Positions 1-12,046 of a DNA stretch of 32,000 bases are shown here, piece by piece (position 1 is the first letter of the stretch; each line of letters begins with the position of its first letter). The notes beneath the pieces were generated by a model, which did no database searches, was not told where the DNA came from, and was given only the letters and a program-made list of their open reading frames with translations. The DNA is from Schaalia odontolytica (GTDB lineage: Bacteria > Actinomycetota > Actinomycetes > Actinomycetales > Actinomycetaceae): the NCBI RefSeq assembly GCF_005696695.1, contig NZ_CP040006.1:1950001-1982000 (forward strand), in the 5' to 3' direction. Made by a program: the position numbers and the translations under genes.

Positions 1-130
1 CTTCCTCGACCAGGATGTTCGCAATCGCGTTCTTGAGCTTCGAGTACGGCATGGAGACCGCATCGTGGTGCGCACGAGTCGCGTTGCGCAGACGCGTCAG
101 CATATCTGCAATCGGGTCTGTCATTGTCAT
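1..130 (-). CDS. rpsH: 30S ribosomal protein S8, N-terminal 43 codons only (gene runs off the left edge)
   Basis: Reverse translation from ATG at 130 gives [43 protein letters not shown], the conserved S8 N-terminus. It sits directly downstream of rpsN/rplE, as in spc operons. It is too short to appear in the ORF track. Confidence 0.85.
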   Translation of the reverse strand, partial: MTMTDPIADMLTRLRNATRAHHDAVSMPYSKLKNAIANILVEE

Positions 131-192
131 GGGGGTTTATTCCCCTTCCTCGTCGCGGTTTCTCCGGTTACCCGGGACCTGCGACGTTCGTT

Positions 193-378
193 TTACCAGC
201 TGCTCTTGGTGACACCGGGGAGTTCGCCACGGTGGGCGAGCTCGCGCAGGCACACGCGGCACAGTCCGAACTTGCGGTACACCGAGTGCGGACGACCGCA
301 ACGGTTGCACCGGGTGTAGGCACGCACGCCGAACTTCGGCTTGCGGGCAGCCTTGACCTTCAGGGATGTCTTGGCCAT
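193..378 (-). CDS. rpsN: 30S ribosomal protein S14, short zinc-ribbon (type Z) form, 61 aa
   Basis: The 61-aa [19 protein letters not shown]...CNRCGRP...[22 protein letters not shown] has CxxC...CxxC motifs and the S14 C-terminal signature. It lies between rplE and rpsH. Confidence 0.95.
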   Translation of the reverse strand: MAKTSLKVKAARKPKFGVRAYTRCNRCGRPHSVYRKFGLCRVCLRELAHRGELPGVTKSSW

Positions 379-381
379 GGG

Positions 382-927
382 TCAGTCCTCCTTGAACGGG
401 AAGCCGAGGTGACGGAGAAGGGCGCGACCCTCTTCGTCGGTGGTGGCCGAGGTGACAACCGTGATGTCCATGCCGCGCACTCGGTCGATCGAGTCCTGAT
501 CGATCTCGTGGAACATCGACTGTTCCGTGAGACCGAAGGTGTAGTTGCCGTGACCGTCGAACTGCTTAGAGGACAGTCCGCGGAAGTCACGGATACGGGG
601 AAGCGCCGTCGAGAGGAGGCGATCCAGGAACTCCCACATGCGGTCACCGCGAAGCGTGACGTGCGCACCGATCGCCTGGCCCTCACGCAGCTTGAACTGC
701 GCGATGGACTTCTTGGCGCGGGTGGTCACGGGCTTCTGGCCAGTGATCGCGGTGAGGTCGCGGAGCGCGCCCTCGAGTGCCTTCGAGTCGCGAGCGGCCT
801 CGCCGACACCCATGTTGACAACGATCTTCGTCAGTCCGCCGACCTGCATGACGTTCTCGTGCTTGAACTCAGCACGGAGCGCCTCGCGGATCTCGGAGAC
901 GTACTTTTCCTTCAGACGCGGGGCCAT
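382..927 (-). CDS. rplE: 50S ribosomal protein L5
   Basis: The 181-aa ORF has typical L5 sequence (PRLKEKY..., ...ITGQKP..T.AKKSIA.FKLREG..IG..VTLRG..M.EFLDRL). Operon position is as expected. Confidence 0.97.
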   Translation of the reverse strand: MAPRLKEKYVSEIREALRAEFKHENVMQVGGLTKIVVNMGVGEAARDSKALEGALRDLTAITGQKPVTTRAKKSIAQFKLREGQAIGAHVTLRGDRMWEFLDRLLSTALPRIRDFRGLSSKQFDGHGNYTFGLTEQSMFHEIDQDSIDRVRGMDITVVTSATTDEEGRALLRHLGFPFKED

Positions 928-929
928 GC

Positions 930-1361
930 TCAGATCTCCTTGCCCTGCTCAACGCCGCGCTTCGCGCCACCACGAGCCACGCGGACTCGGACGGTGCGGG
1001 TGCGGCCGCCGCGCTCGACGGTGTCCTCGCGGAAACCGGCGCGAACGCGCTTCTTGGTCTCGGGGTCGACCAGTGCGACCTTGGACAGCGAGATGGGGGC
1101 CTCGATGGTCTCGATGCCGCCGGCGCTGCCCTGCTGGCCCTGGCGCACGTGGCGCGTCTTCAGGTTGATGCCCTCGACGAGGACCTTGCCCTCAGCCGGG
1201 AACACCTGGATGACGCGGCCCTGCTTGCCCTTGTCGCCGGGGGTCAGGGGCTCGAGGCCCTCTTCCGCACGGCGGGCGTTGCGCTCAGCCAGCGCCTTCT
1301 CGTCGGACGTGCGTCCGCGAACGACCTCGACGAGGTCATTCTTACGAATCTTGGCTGCCAT
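930..1361 (-). CDS. rplX: 50S ribosomal protein L24, unusually long at 143 aa with an internal insertion
   Basis: KOW-type L24 sequence is present ([14 protein letters not shown] ... [11 protein letters not shown]...VLVEGIN..TRH). It lies between rplN and rplE. See the finding on the 25-aa insertion. Confidence 0.9.
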   Translation of the reverse strand: MAAKIRKNDLVEVVRGRTSDEKALAERNARRAEEGLEPLTPGDKGKQGRVIQVFPAEGKVLVEGINLKTRHVRQGQQGSAGGIETIEAPISLSKVALVDPETKKRVRAGFREDTVERGGRTRTVRVRVARGGAKRGVEQGKEI

Positions 1362-1364
1362 GGA

Positions 1365-1733
1365 TCAGATCACCTCCGGAGCGAGGGAGACGATGCGCAT
1401 GAACTTCTTGTCACGCAGCTCGCGGCCCACGGGGCCGAAGATACGCGTGCCACGCGGCTCGCCATTGTTGTTGATGATGACGGCCGCATTCTCGTCGAAA
1501 CGAATGTAGGAACCGTCGGGGCGGCGGGTTTCCTTACGCGTGCGAACGATCACTGCCTTGACGACTTCGCCCTTCTTGACGTTGCCGCCGGGAATGGCGT
1601 CCTTCACGGTGGCGACAATCGTGTCGCCGATACCCGCGTAGCGCCGACCCGAGCCACCGAGAACACGGATGGTCAGGATCTCCTTGGCCCCTGTGTTGTC
1701 GGCGACCTTCAGTCGCGACTCCTGCTGAATCAT
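1365..1733 (-). CDS. rplN: 50S ribosomal protein L14
   Basis: The 122-aa [21 protein letters not shown]...IRFD.NA.V is near-universal L14 sequence. Confidence 0.97.
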   Translation of the reverse strand: MIQQESRLKVADNTGAKEILTIRVLGGSGRRYAGIGDTIVATVKDAIPGGNVKKGEVVKAVIVRTRKETRRPDGSYIRFDENAAVIINNNGEPRGTRIFGPVGRELRDKKFMRIVSLAPEVI

Positions 1734-1821
1734 TTTCTATTGACTCCTGTCGTCGTGCCGGTTCTCTTCCGGATTCTACCGGTCGAGCCTTGCCGAACGG
1801 ATTTCGGTCTGTGAGCGAAGG

Positions 1822-2088
1822 TCACTTCGCCTTTTCGAGGATCTCCACAACGCGCCAGCGCTTGGTGGCCGACAGCGGGCGGGTCTCCATGATGAGGACG
1901 AGATCGCCGACGCCGCACTCGTTGTGCTCGTCGTGAACCTTGACCTTCTTGTTCTTGCGCATGACCTTGCCGTAGAGGGCGTGCTTGACGCGGTCCTCGA
2001 TCTGGACGACAACGGTCTTGTCCATCTTGTCGCTGACGACGTAGCCGCGACGGACCTTACGCTCGTTACGAGCGGTGGTTTCTGCCAT
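1822..2088 (-). CDS. rpsQ: 30S ribosomal protein S17
   Basis: S17 sequence is present ([32 protein letters not shown]...). I prefer ATG at 2088, preceded by GAGGAG 8 nt upstream. The track ORF instead starts at GTG 2097, overlapping the rpmC stop. Confidence 0.92.
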   Translation of the reverse strand: MAETTARNERKVRRGYVVSDKMDKTVVVQIEDRVKHALYGKVMRKNKKVKVHDEHNECGVGDLVLIMETRPLSATKRWRVVEILEKAK

Positions 2089-2093
2089 CAGGC

Positions 2094-2327
2094 TCACTCC
2101 TCAGTGCTCGGGGCGGTGCGGTAGCCAAGCTCCCGCTCACGCGCGATGGTGTAGATCCGGGCAATGTCGCGGCGCACGGTCTTCATGCGACCGTGATCCT
2201 CGAGGTTGCCAACGGCCTGCGCAAAACGCAGGTTGAACAGCTCAGCCTTAGCCTTCTCCAGCTCCTTGGACAGCTGGGAGTTGTCCATTGCGTCGAGCTG
2301 CTCGGTGGTCAGACCCTTATCTGCCAT
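2094..2327 (-). CDS. rpmC: 50S ribosomal protein L29
   Basis: The 77-aa ORF carries the L29 motif ELFNLRFQ-like ([31 protein letters not shown]). Its start overlaps the rplP stop (TGATG). Confidence 0.93.
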   Translation of the reverse strand: MADKGLTTEQLDAMDNSQLSKELEKAKAELFNLRFAQAVGNLEDHGRMKTVRRDIARIYTIARERELGYRTAPSTEE

Positions 2328-2746
2328 CAGATGTCACCACCCTCTCGGACCACGAAACGGGTCTTGATAGGAAGCTTGTGCTGGGCACGGCTGAGGGCCT
2401 CGCGAGCGAGCTCCTCCGGGACGCCTGCCAGCTCGAACATGACACGTCCGGGCTTGACGGGGGCAACCCACCATTCCGGAGCACCCTTACCGGAACCCAT
2501 TCGGGTTTCGGCGGGCTTCTTCGTCAGGGGACGGTCCGGGAAGATGTTGATCCAGACCTTACCGCCACGCTTGATGTGACGCGTCACGGCGATACGTGCC
2601 GCCTCAATCTGACGGTTGGTGATGTACGCAGGCTCGAGAGCCTGGATGCCGTAGTCGCCGAACGCGAGTTCGGTGCCACCGGAGGCAAAGCCAGTGCGGT
2701 GAGGACGGTGCTGCTTGCGGTACTTAGTCCGACGGGGAATGAGCAT
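2327..2746 (-). CDS. rplP: 50S ribosomal protein L16
   Basis: The 139-aa [17 protein letters not shown]...IEAARIA.TR..KRGGK.WI..FPD.P.T.KP.E.RMG.GKG is canonical L16. Confidence 0.97.
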   Translation of the reverse strand: MLIPRRTKYRKQHRPHRTGFASGGTELAFGDYGIQALEPAYITNRQIEAARIAVTRHIKRGGKVWINIFPDRPLTKKPAETRMGSGKGAPEWWVAPVKPGRVMFELAGVPEELAREALSRAQHKLPIKTRFVVREGGDI

Positions 2747-2751
2747 TGGGC

Positions 2752-3561
2752 TCAGGCCTCCGATCCGGTCGTGGGCGCAGTGGCCTCGGAGGCCGAAGCC
2801 TCACGGGGAGCCTGCTGCGCAGCGGTCTCCTGGTTGGGGCGTCCACCGCGGCGGGGGCCACGGCGGCCATCGCGACGGCCGCCACGCTGGGCCTGCTCGG
2901 CCTGCTGGCGAGCGAACTCGCGCTCGGTGATGTCGCCCTTGTAGATCCACACCTTGACGCCGATGCGACCGAAGGTCGTACGGGCCTCGTGGAATCCGTA
3001 GTCGATGTTCGCGCGGAGGGTGTGCAGCGGCACGCGGCCCTCGCGGTAGAACTCGGAGCGGGACATTTCAGCGCCACCCAGGCGGCCGGACACCTGGACA
3101 CGAATGCCCTTGGCGCCAGCGCGCTGCGCGGACTGGATGCCCTTACGCATCGCACGACGGAAGGACACGCGAGCAGCGAGCTGCTCGGCGATGCCCTGCG
3201 CAACGAGCTGCGCTTCGAGGTCGGGGTTCTTGACCTCAAGGATGTTCAGCTGAACCTGCTTGCCCGTCAGCTTCTCGAGCTGGACGCGCAGGCGGTCGGC
3301 CTCTGCACCACGGCGACCGATGACGATGCCCGGGCGAGCGGTATGCAGGTCGACGCGAACGCGGTCACGCGTGCGCTCGATGCTCACCTCGGCGATGCCG
3401 GCGCGCTCGAGGTTGTCGGTCAGGAACTTGCGGATCGCGACGTCTTCAGCCACGTAATCCGCGTAGCGCTGTCCCTTGGTGGTGGAGTCGGAGAACCAGC
3501 GAGACCGGTGGTCAGTGGTGATTCCCAGACGGAACCCGCGGGGGTTGACCTTCTGACCCAT
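2752..3561 (-). CDS. rpsC: 30S ribosomal protein S3 with an actinobacterial Arg/Gly-rich C-terminal tail
   Basis: The 269-aa ORF starts [23 protein letters not shown] and contains the KH domain and S3 C-terminal domain motifs. Confidence 0.97.
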   Translation of the reverse strand: MGQKVNPRGFRLGITTDHRSRWFSDSTTKGQRYADYVAEDVAIRKFLTDNLERAGIAEVSIERTRDRVRVDLHTARPGIVIGRRGAEADRLRVQLEKLTGKQVQLNILEVKNPDLEAQLVAQGIAEQLAARVSFRRAMRKGIQSAQRAGAKGIRVQVSGRLGGAEMSRSEFYREGRVPLHTLRANIDYGFHEARTTFGRIGVKVWIYKGDITEREFARQQAEQAQRGGRRDGRRGPRRGGRPNQETAAQQAPREASASEATAPTTGSEA

Positions 3562-3562
3562 A

Positions 3563-3934
3563 TCAGCGGTCTCCCTTCTTCTTGTCTTCCTTGGTACCCA
3601 CCACGATGGTGATGTGGGAGGTGCGCTTCAGGATACGACCGGCGCGCCCCTGAGCACGGGGACGAATGCGCTTCATGGTCGGACCCTCGTCCACGTATGC
3701 CTCCAGGACGAGCAGGTCGGCCTCGTTGAAGGTCTCTCCGGCGTTCTCAGCCTTGACCTTCGAGTTGGCGACGGCGCTCAGGAGCACCTTGCGGACATCG
3801 GTGGCGACGGCCTGCGGGGCGAACCGCAGAATGTCGGCGGCCTCCAGAACACGCTTGCCGCGAACCTCGTTCACAACACGGCGGGACTTCTGGGGCGTGA
3901 CGCGGATGAATCGCGCCTGCGCCTTGGCTTCCAT
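3563..3934 (-). CDS. rplV: 50S ribosomal protein L22
   Basis: The 123-aa [30 protein letters not shown]...[22 protein letters not shown] is L22 sequence. Confidence 0.95.
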   Translation of the reverse strand: MEAKAQARFIRVTPQKSRRVVNEVRGKRVLEAADILRFAPQAVATDVRKVLLSAVANSKVKAENAGETFNEADLLVLEAYVDEGPTMKRIRPRAQGRAGRILKRTSHITIVVGTKEDKKKGDR

Positions 3935-3963
3935 GTATCTGCCTCTTCTTCCGTGGGGCCGGC

Positions 3964-4245
3964 TCAGCGCCGACGTCCCTTACGATCGTCCTTGTCGTGG
4001 CTGCGGAAAGTACGCGTGGGAGCGAACTCGCCGAGCTTGTGGCCCACCATCGACTCGGTGACGAAAACGGGCACATGCTTACGGCCGTCGTGGACGGCAA
4101 TGGTCAGACCCAGGAAGTCCGGGGTGATGACCGAGCGACGCGACCAGGTCTTGATGACGTTCTTAGAGCCGGATTCGTTCGCGGCGTCGACCTTCTTGAG
4201 CAGGTGGTCGTCGACGAACGGGCCCTTCTTCAAACTACGCGGCAT
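3964..4245 (-). CDS. rpsS: 30S ribosomal protein S19
   Basis: The 93-aa [22 protein letters not shown]...TWSRRS.I.P.F.G.TIAVH.GRKHVPV is S19 sequence. Confidence 0.97.
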   Translation of the reverse strand: MPRSLKKGPFVDDHLLKKVDAANESGSKNVIKTWSRRSVITPDFLGLTIAVHDGRKHVPVFVTESMVGHKLGEFAPTRTFRSHDKDDRKGRRR

Positions 4246-4261
4246 TTCAATCGACTCCTAC

Positions 4262-5098
4262 TCAGCGGTTCTTGCCGGTCTTGCGACGGCGGACGATCAT
4301 GCGATCGGACGCCTTCTTCGGACGACGCGTACGGCCCTCGGGCTTGCCCCAAGGCGACACGGGGTGACGACCACCGGACGTGCGGCCTTCACCACCGCCG
4401 TGCGGGTGATCAACCGGGTTCATAACGACACCACGGACGTGCGGGCGCTTGCCCTTCCAGCGCATACGGCCGGCCTTGCCCCAGTTGATGTTCGACTGCT
4501 CGGCATTGCCGACCTCGCCGATGGTGGCGCGGCAGGTGGCCTCGACGTTGCGGATCTCGCCGGAGGGCATACGCAGCTGGGCGAAGCGGCCTTCCTTAGC
4601 GACGAGCTGCACGGAGGTGCCAGCGGAGCGGGCGATCTTGGCGCCGCCACCCGGGTAGAGCTCAACGGCGTGCACAACAGTACCCAGGGGGATGTTGCGC
4701 AGCTGCAGCGAGTTGCCGGGCTTGATGTCAGCGCCAACGCCGGCCTCGATCTGATCGCCCTGCTTGAGGCCGGTCGGAGCGAGGATGTAGCGCTTCTCGC
4801 CATCCGCGTAGTGCAGGAGGGCGATGCGAGCGGTGCGGTTGGGGTCGTACTCGATGTGAGCGACCGTTGCCGGGACGCCGTCCTTGTCGTGACGACGGAA
4901 GTCGATCACGCGGTACTGACGCTTGTGGCCGCCGCCGCGGTGGCGGGAGGTCACGCGGCCGTTGTTGTTACGGCCACCGGTCTTGTGCAGCGGGCGCAGC
5001 AGCGACTTCTCGGGGGTGTCGCGGGTGATCTCGACGAAGTCAGAGACGGACGAGAAGCGACGGCCCGGAGTCGTGGGCTTGTACTTGCGAATTCCCAT
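4262..5098 (-). CDS. rplB: 50S ribosomal protein L2
   Basis: The 278-aa [17 protein letters not shown]...GGGHKR.YR.IDF.R...[26 protein letters not shown] is L2 sequence. Confidence 0.97.
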   Translation of the reverse strand: MGIRKYKPTTPGRRFSSVSDFVEITRDTPEKSLLRPLHKTGGRNNNGRVTSRHRGGGHKRQYRVIDFRRHDKDGVPATVAHIEYDPNRTARIALLHYADGEKRYILAPTGLKQGDQIEAGVGADIKPGNSLQLRNIPLGTVVHAVELYPGGGAKIARSAGTSVQLVAKEGRFAQLRMPSGEIRNVEATCRATIGEVGNAEQSNINWGKAGRMRWKGKRPHVRGVVMNPVDHPHGGGEGRTSGGRHPVSPWGKPEGRTRRPKKASDRMIVRRRKTGKNR

Positions 5099-5120
5099 TG
5101 TTCAAATGTCCCTTCGGTCC

Positions 5121-5426
5121 TCAGGCCTGATCGCCGAAGATGTCGATGGTGCCCTCACGCACGGTGACGATGGCACGCTTGACGTCCTTGCGCTTACCGA
5201 TCCCGTTGCGGGTGCGGTAGGTCTTGCCCTTGCGGTTCTGGGTGGCGATGGAACCGATCTTGACGCCGAAGATACGCTCGAGGGCAATCTTGATCTCGGT
5301 CTTGTTCGCGCGGGGGTCAACCTCGAAGGTGTACTTGCCCAGGTCCATGAGGGCGAGCGACTTCTCGGTGGTGACCGGCTTCAGGATGATGTCGCGGGGG
5401 TTCTTACCCGCTTCGATCGTGCTCAC
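5121..5426 (-). CDS. rplW: 50S ribosomal protein L23
   Basis: The 101-aa ORF has L23 motifs ([12 protein letters not shown]...[19 protein letters not shown]). The 4-nt overlap with the rplD end is typical. Confidence 0.95.
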   Translation of the reverse strand: MSTIEAGKNPRDIILKPVTTEKSLALMDLGKYTFEVDPRANKTEIKIALERIFGVKIGSIATQNRKGKTYRTRNGIGKRKDVKRAIVTVREGTIDIFGDQA

Positions 5427-6073
5427 TTGGTCTCCTCCTTGGTGCCGAGGAAGGACTCAAGGGCGGCCTGCGTGAAGACGATGTCATCGGCGTCCAGGAC
5501 GTCGTACGTGTTCAGCTGGTCGGCCCACAGGACGTGAACCTCGGGAACGTTGCGCAGGGACAGCGCGGTCAGTTCGTTGCCACGCTCGAGGACGACGAGA
5601 GCCTGACGGTCCTCGACGATCGCGCGCAGAGCGGCGAGAGCAGCCTTGGTCGAGGGCTTGTCGCCTTCGAACAGGGCGGTGACAACGTGGATGCGGTCGG
5701 CGCGCGCACGGTCGGAGAGAGCGGAACGCAGAGCGCCCTGCTTCATCTTCTTGGGGGTGCGCTGGTCGTAGTCACGCGGCTGAGGGCCGTGGACGATGCC
5801 ACCGCCGGTGAAGTGAGGCGCACGGATGGAGCCCTGACGGGCGTTACCGGTGCCCTTCTGACGGAACGGCTTCTTGCCGCCGCCAGCGACCTCACCACGG
5901 GTCTTCGTCGCGTGCGTGCCCTGACGAGCGGCCGCAAGCTGAGCGACGACAACCTGGTGCATCAGCGGAATGTTGGTGGGAACGTCAAAGATCGAACCCG
6001 GGAGAACGACGGAGCCCGCCTTCTTGCCCTTGAGGTCGATGACGTCAACGTTACGATCGTCAGCCATGATCAC
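5423..6073 (-). CDS. rplD: 50S ribosomal protein L4
   Basis: The 216-aa ORF has the L4 core ([51 protein letters not shown]). Start is either GTG 6073, overlapping the rplC stop, or ATG 6067. Confidence 0.95.
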   Translation of the reverse strand: MIMADDRNVDVIDLKGKKAGSVVLPGSIFDVPTNIPLMHQVVVAQLAAARQGTHATKTRGEVAGGGKKPFRQKGTGNARQGSIRAPHFTGGGIVHGPQPRDYDQRTPKKMKQGALRSALSDRARADRIHVVTALFEGDKPSTKAALAALRAIVEDRQALVVLERGNELTALSLRNVPEVHVLWADQLNTYDVLDADDIVFTQAALESFLGTKEETK

Positions 6074-6735
6074 GCACCCTTCACGGAGGAGCGAACCAGG
6101 ACCACGCCGTTCTTCGGACCCGGGATGGCGCCGCTGATGAGCAGCAGGCCCTTCTCGGCGTCCACGGCCTGGATCGTCAGGTTCTGGACAGTACGACGGT
6201 TGCCACCCATGCGGCCGGCCATACGCAGGCCCTTGAAGATGCGACCGGGAGTTGCGCAGGCGCCGATCGAGCCGGGCTTGCGGTGGTTGCGGTGCGCACC
6301 GTGGGAGGCGGAAACGCCAGCGAAGCCGTGACGCTTCATAACGCCGGCAAAACCCTTGCCCTTGGTGGTGCCGGAGACGTCGACGCCTTCGCCAGCCTCG
6401 AAGGTGGTGGCGTCGAGTTCCTGGCCGAGCTCGTAAGAGTCATGCTCGGACGTGCGGACCTCAACGAGGTGGCGACGGGGGGCAACCCCGGCCTTCTCGA
6501 AGTGGCCCTGGAGGGGCTTGGTGACCTTACGGGAGTCGATCTCACCGAAGCCAAGCTGAATAGCGGAGTAGCCGTCGACCTCTTCGGTACGAACCTGGGT
6601 CACGACGTTGGTGCCGACCTGCACGACAGTCAGGGGCACGAGGTGGCCGTCGGCATCCCACACCTGGGTCATGCCGAGCTTGCGGCCGAGCAGCGCCTTG
6701 ATGGGCGCGCCAGCGTGCTGCTTCTTGTTAGTCAT
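6070..6735 (-). CDS. rplC: 50S ribosomal protein L3
   Basis: The 221-aa ORF has L3 motifs ([14 protein letters not shown]...P.TV.., [18 protein letters not shown]...SHG.HR.HR.PGSIG). It lies between rpsJ and rplD. Confidence 0.96.
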   Translation of the reverse strand: MTNKKQHAGAPIKALLGRKLGMTQVWDADGHLVPLTVVQVGTNVVTQVRTEEVDGYSAIQLGFGEIDSRKVTKPLQGHFEKAGVAPRRHLVEVRTSEHDSYELGQELDATTFEAGEGVDVSGTTKGKGFAGVMKRHGFAGVSASHGAHRNHRKPGSIGACATPGRIFKGLRMAGRMGGNRRTVQNLTIQAVDAEKGLLLISGAIPGPKNGVVLVRSSVKGA

Positions 6736-6746
6736 TGCAGATGTCC

Positions 6747-7055
6747 TCAGAGCTTGATCTCGATGTTGACGTCCGCAGGCAGGTCGAGGCGCATGAGCGA
6801 GTCGACGGCCTTGGGGGTCGGATCGATGATGTCGATGAGCCGCTTGTGCGTGCGCATTTCAAAGTGCTCGCGGCTGTCCTTGTACTTGTGGGGCGACCGA
6901 ATAACGACGAAAACGTTCTTCTCGGTCGGCAGCGGCACCGGGCCCACGACCGTGGCGCCAGCACGCTGTACGGTGTCCACGATCTTGCGCGCGGAGCTGT
7001 CGATGACCTCGTGGTCATACGACTTGAGCCGGATGCGGATCTTCTGTCCCGCCAT
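6747..7055 (-). CDS. rpsJ: 30S ribosomal protein S10 (first gene of the S10 operon)
   Basis: The 102-aa [32 protein letters not shown]...[23 protein letters not shown] is S10 sequence. Confidence 0.97.
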   Translation of the reverse strand: MAGQKIRIRLKSYDHEVIDSSARKIVDTVQRAGATVVGPVPLPTEKNVFVVIRSPHKYKDSREHFEMRTHKRLIDIIDPTPKAVDSLMRLDLPADVNIEIKL

Positions 7056-7092
7056 GCCGTCTTACCTCTTCTCGTACAGATTCGCCGCCGGT

Positions 7093-7114
7093 CCCCGCAC
7101 TCGGGCGTGTCGCA
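7093..7114. repeat. Copy 1 of a perfect 22-bp direct repeat ccccgcactcgggcgtgtcgca, in the rpsJ 5' leader about 40 nt upstream of the rpsJ start
   Basis: Read directly from the sequence. An identical 22-mer recurs at 7369-7390, and the flanks are partly shared (ccgNN before, Rccg after). Confidence 0.9.
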
Positions 7115-7368
7115 GCCGTTGTGCGCGCGATTGCTCGCGCTGGACCGACGTCTTGTCCAAAGATCTTGGGCATATTGCCCGATCCATACGTGATGGCACG
7201 CATGGACCACCCCAGATACGCTGAGGCAACCGTGCCATTCTGTCAGAGTTCCACCCGCGAGCACAAACCCGAAAGGGGGTTCTCGCATGTGAAACCACCG
7301 ACAGATTGGCGTGGATAGCGGCCCAAGCTGCGCATAACAGCCCAGACCGTCACCAAGAAACTACCGTA

Positions 7369-7390
7369 CCCCGCACTCGGGCGTGTCGCA
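7369..7390. repeat. Copy 2 of the perfect 22-bp direct repeat ccccgcactcgggcgtgtcgca
   Basis: Identical to 7093-7114, lying 276 bp away within the same 608-bp tuf-rpsJ spacer. Confidence 0.9.
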
Positions 7391-7580
7391 ACCGGGGATC
7401 GGTCACATTCTCATCAACGAGGCATGGGGAAGCCACGCGAATACGCCACGTAGCACCAAAGGACAGTATGCCCATATGCCTCTTGAGCCGCCTATGTCAC
7501 AGAAGACGCAGCGTAGAGCATTCACGTTCACACAGCGACTCCACGAGCAGAACCATTCACTCACGAGCCGAATAGCGAAA

Positions 7581-7608
7581 GGCCCCGCCTCTGAAAAGAG
7601 GCGGGGCC
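7581..7608 (-). terminator. Intrinsic terminator downstream of tuf
   Basis: Perfect 11-bp GC-rich stem ggccccgcctc / gaggcggggcc with a 6-nt loop, 56 nt past the tuf stop. On the minus strand it is followed by TTTCGCTATT. Confidence 0.75.
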
Positions 7609-7663
7609 TTCAATGCCGCTGGATCAGCAGCGAATCAGATCTGAGAAAGTCTCAGAGGTTGAT

Positions 7664-8850
<1,187 letters not shown>

Positions 8851-8960
8851 TTGTGTCCTCCTGGACTCGGGTAGATATTCTCAGCCTACGGCTAGGTGCC
8901 ACTTTAACACCCCTGGGGCTTGAGACCTACTGGGTTTACTTGTGTGTGAGGCGGCTCGCA

Positions 8961-8978
8961 GGGCAGGTCACCCTGCCC
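8961..8978 (-). other. Small GC hairpin in the fusA-tuf spacer (possible attenuating or processing structure)
   Basis: Stem gggcagg / cctgccc of 7 bp with a 4-nt loop, about 20 nt after the fusA stop. There is no U-tract, so it is probably not a full terminator, and tuf is normally co-transcribed. Confidence 0.25.
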
Positions 8979-8997
8979 CACGAGCCCCCGGTGGGAC

Positions 8998-11121
8998 TCA
9001 GTTGCCCCGAGACTTGCCGACGATCTCGTCCGCGACGGCGCGCGGAACCTCGGCGTAGCTGTCGAACTCCATGGAGTAGACAGCGCGGCCCTGCGTCTTG
9101 GAGCGCAGGTCGCCAACGTATCCGAACATCTCGGACAGCGGGACCTGAGCCTTGACGACGCGCACGCCGTGCTGCTCGTCCATCGACGAGATCTGGCCAC
9201 GGCGAGAGTTGAGGTCGCCGATGACATCGCCCATGTACTCCTCGGGAGTACGAACCTCAACGGCCATGATCGGCTCGAGGAGGACGGGGTTAGCCTTCTT
9301 AGCAGCTTCCTTCAGCGCCATCGAGCCAGCAACCTTGAACGCCATTTCGGAGGAGTCAACCTCGTGGTAGGCGCCGTCGAGCAGCGTGGCCTTGATGTCG
9401 ACCATCGGGTAGCCGGCGAGAACGCCGGACTGCATGGCGTCCTTGATGCCCGCGTCGACCGACGGGATGTACTCGCGAGGAACGCGGCCACCGGTGACCT
9501 TGTCCTCGAACATGTACTCTTCCTCGGAGTCGGCCGGGAGGGGCTCCAGGGCGATGATGACACGCGCGAACTGACCGGAACCACCGGTCTGCTTCTTGTG
9601 CGTGTATTCGTACTTTTCGACCGTCTTGCGGATGGTCTCGCGGTAGGCAACCATCGGGTTACCCACGTTGGCCTCGACCTTGAACTCGCGACGCATACGG
9701 TCGACGATGATGTCGAGGTGGAGCTCACCCATACCACCGATGATGGTCTGGCCGGTCTCAGCGTCGAGCTCGACGGTGAACGTCGGGTCCTCTTCCGCCA
9801 GCTTCTGGATGGCGACGCCCATCTTCTCCTGGTCGGCCTTCGACTTGGGCTCGACGGCGACCTGGATAACGGGGGCGGGGAACGTCATCGACTCGAGGAC
9901 GATCGGCTTGTCCATCGCGGACAGGGTGTCGCCGGTTGTGGTGTCCTTGAGGCCGATCACCGCGTAGATGTGGCCAGCGTGCGCCACGTCGACGGGGTTC
10001 TCCTTGTTCGAGTGCATCTGGAAGATCTTACCGATGCGCTCCTTCTTGCCCTTGGTCGAGTTGAGGACCTGGGCGCCGGACTCGACCTTACCGGAGTACA
10101 CGCGGATGAAGGTGAGCTTGCCGTAGAAGGGGTGAGCGGCGATCTTGAACGCCAGAGCCGAGAAGGGCTCGTTCTCGTCGGGCTTACGAACCTCGGTCTC
10201 TTCCTCGGTCTCAGAGCCGGGGAGGAAGCCGCGAACGTCGCCGATATCGAGCGGGGAGGGCAGGAAGTCCACGACGGCGTCGAGGACGGGCTGCACGCCC
10301 ATGTTGCGCAGAGCGGTACCGCAGTACACGGGGAACGCGCGCGAGGAGATGGTCAGGAGGCGGATGCCTTCCTTGATCTGCTCAAGCGTCAGCTCGCCGT
10401 TCTCCAGGTAGGCCTCAGTCAGCTCATCAGAGCCCTCGGCGGCGGCCTCAACGAGTGCCTCACGGTACTCTTCAGCCTTTTCCTGGTACTCGGCGGGGAT
10501 CGGGCCGCGCTCGACGACGGAGCCGAGCGTGTCGTTGCCCTTGTCGTCCTTGGCCGGGTAGGTCAGGGCCTCCATGGTCAGCAGGTCGATGTTGCCGACG
10601 AAGTCGTTCTCGGCGCCCATCGGGAGCTGCATGACGATCGGGGTCGCGTGCAGGCGGTCGCGGATGGTACCAACCGAGAAGTAGAAGTCGGCGCCCATCT
10701 TGTCCATCTTGTTGATGAAGCAGATACGGGGGACGTCGTACTTGTCGGCCTGACGCCACACGGTCTCGGACTGGGGCTCAACGCCCTCCTTGCCGTCGAA
10801 CACGGCGACAGCGCCGTCGAGGACGCGCAGCGAGCGCTCAACCTCAACGGTGAAGTCAACGTGACCGGGGGTGTCAATGATGTTGATCTGGTTACCGTTC
10901 CAGAAAGAGGTAACGGCGGCGGACGTAATCGTGATGCCGCGTTCCTTTTCCTGTTCCATCCAGTCGGTCGTCGAGGCGCCATCGTGCGTCTCGCCGATCT
11001 TGTAGTTGATGCCCGTGTAGAACAGGATGCGTTCCGTCACGGTCGTCTTGCCGGCATCGATGTGAGCCATGATGCCAATGTTGCGGACCTTGTTGAGATC
11101 CGTCAGCACCTCTAGTGCCAC
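8998..11121 (-). CDS. fusA: Elongation factor G
   Basis: The 707-aa ORF has the G1 motif [26 protein letters not shown], and domain IV/V sequence. The rpsL-rpsG-fusA-tuf order matches the str operon. Confidence 0.98.
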   Translation of the reverse strand: MALEVLTDLNKVRNIGIMAHIDAGKTTVTERILFYTGINYKIGETHDGASTTDWMEQEKERGITITSAAVTSFWNGNQINIIDTPGHVDFTVEVERSLRVLDGAVAVFDGKEGVEPQSETVWRQADKYDVPRICFINKMDKMGADFYFSVGTIRDRLHATPIVMQLPMGAENDFVGNIDLLTMEALTYPAKDDKGNDTLGSVVERGPIPAEYQEKAEEYREALVEAAAEGSDELTEAYLENGELTLEQIKEGIRLLTISSRAFPVYCGTALRNMGVQPVLDAVVDFLPSPLDIGDVRGFLPGSETEEETEVRKPDENEPFSALAFKIAAHPFYGKLTFIRVYSGKVESGAQVLNSTKGKKERIGKIFQMHSNKENPVDVAHAGHIYAVIGLKDTTTGDTLSAMDKPIVLESMTFPAPVIQVAVEPKSKADQEKMGVAIQKLAEEDPTFTVELDAETGQTIIGGMGELHLDIIVDRMRREFKVEANVGNPMVAYRETIRKTVEKYEYTHKKQTGGSGQFARVIIALEPLPADSEEEYMFEDKVTGGRVPREYIPSVDAGIKDAMQSGVLAGYPMVDIKATLLDGAYHEVDSSEMAFKVAGSMALKEAAKKANPVLLEPIMAVEVRTPEEYMGDVIGDLNSRRGQISSMDEQHGVRVVKAQVPLSEMFGYVGDLRSKTQGRAVYSMEFDSYAEVPRAVADEIVGKSRGN

Positions 11122-11201
11122 GAGTGTGGTTCCTTCGTTCGAAGTAATGGGTGTTCTTGCTGCGTGAGACGAGGCCCGGTTGCCCAGGCCTCGTCTTTAA
11201 A

Positions 11202-11672
11202 TCACCAGCGGTAGTGCGCGAAGGCGCGGTTGGACTCAGCCATCTTGTGCATGTCCTCACGGCGCTTCACAGCGGCACCGAGGCCGTTGGAGGCGTCGAG
11301 GATCTCGTTGGCGAGACGCTCGGTCATGGTCTTCTCGCGACGCTGACGCGAGAAGTCAACCAGCCAGCGCAGGGCCAGCGTCGTGGCGCGCGCGGGGCGA
11401 ACCTCGACGGGGACCTGGTAGGTCGCACCGCCGACGCGGCGGGAGCGGACCTCGAGGGCCGGACGAATGTTCTCGAGAGCGCGCTTGAGCACGGAGACGG
11501 GCTCCTGCTCGGTGCGCTCGCGAACGGTTTCAAGTGCGCCGTAGACGATGCGCTCGGCGACGGTCTTCTTGCCGTCGAGGAGAACGCGGTTGACCAGCTG
11601 GGTCACGACCTTGGAGCCGTAAACCGGGTCATCGACGAGGGGGCGACGGGGAGCGGGGCCCTTACGAGGCAT
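11202..11672 (-). CDS. rpsG: 30S ribosomal protein S7
   Basis: The 156-aa [27 protein letters not shown].....GKK..AE.I.Y.A......AHYRW is S7 sequence. Confidence 0.97.
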   Translation of the reverse strand: MPRKGPAPRRPLVDDPVYGSKVVTQLVNRVLLDGKKTVAERIVYGALETVRERTEQEPVSVLKRALENIRPALEVRSRRVGGATYQVPVEVRPARATTLALRWLVDFSRQRREKTMTERLANEILDASNGLGAAVKRREDMHKMAESNRAFAHYRW

Positions 11673-12046
11673 TACTTCTTCTCCTTCTTCGCGCCGTAAC
11701 GGGAACGAGCCTGCTGACGGCCGCGGACACCCTGGGTGTCGAGCGAGCCGCGGACGATGCGGTAACGCACGCCGGGCAGGTCCTTCACACGACCACCGCG
11801 CACGAGCACGATCGAGTGCTCCTGCAGGTTGTGGCCCTCACCGGGGATGTAGGCGGTGACTTCGATGCCGGACGAAAGGCGCACACGAGCGACCTTTCGC
11901 AGAGCCGAGTTCGGCTTCCTCGGCGTAGTGGTGTACACACGGGTGCACACGCCGCGACGCTGGGGGGAGCCCTTCAGCGCGGGGGTCTTCACCTTCGCGC
12001 GCTTCGAGACACGTCCCTTGCGGACGAGCTGCTGAATGGTAGGCAC
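11672..12046 (-). CDS. rpsL: 30S ribosomal protein S12
   Basis: The 124-aa ORF (GTG start) [11 protein letters not shown]...[56 protein letters not shown] is S12 sequence. Confidence 0.97.
   Translation of the reverse strand: MPTIQQLVRKGRVSKRAKVKTPALKGSPQRRGVCTRVYTTTPRKPNSALRKVARVRLSSGIEVTAYIPGEGHNLQEHSIVLVRGGRVKDLPGVRYRIVRGSLDTQGVRGRQQARSRYGAKKEKK

Noticed and set aside
930-1361. The long rplX might be a mis-called start
   Set aside because: The extra length is internal, lying between conserved L24 blocks, plus a lineage-typical C-terminal tail. It is not an N-terminal extension, so start choice does not explain it.
7062-7575. Small ORFs in the tuf-rpsJ spacer (7062-7298 -, 7306-7575 +, 7383-7856 +)
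   Set aside because: Their composition is not protein-like (Arg/Ser/His-rich). They have no RBS and overlap the tuf terminator or the rpsJ leader. The region is better explained as an untranslated leader and promoter.
9169-11115. 648-aa plus-strand ORF opposite fusA. Similar long ORFs lie at 124-1509, 3614-5167 and 12538-13935 (plus strand) and at 25352-26089 and 27365-28678 (minus strand).
   Set aside because: All lie antisense to, or out of frame with, genes that have strong family signatures. They show the skewed Arg/Gly/Ala/Val/Asp composition of high-GC shadow ORFs, and none has a plausible RBS or domain.
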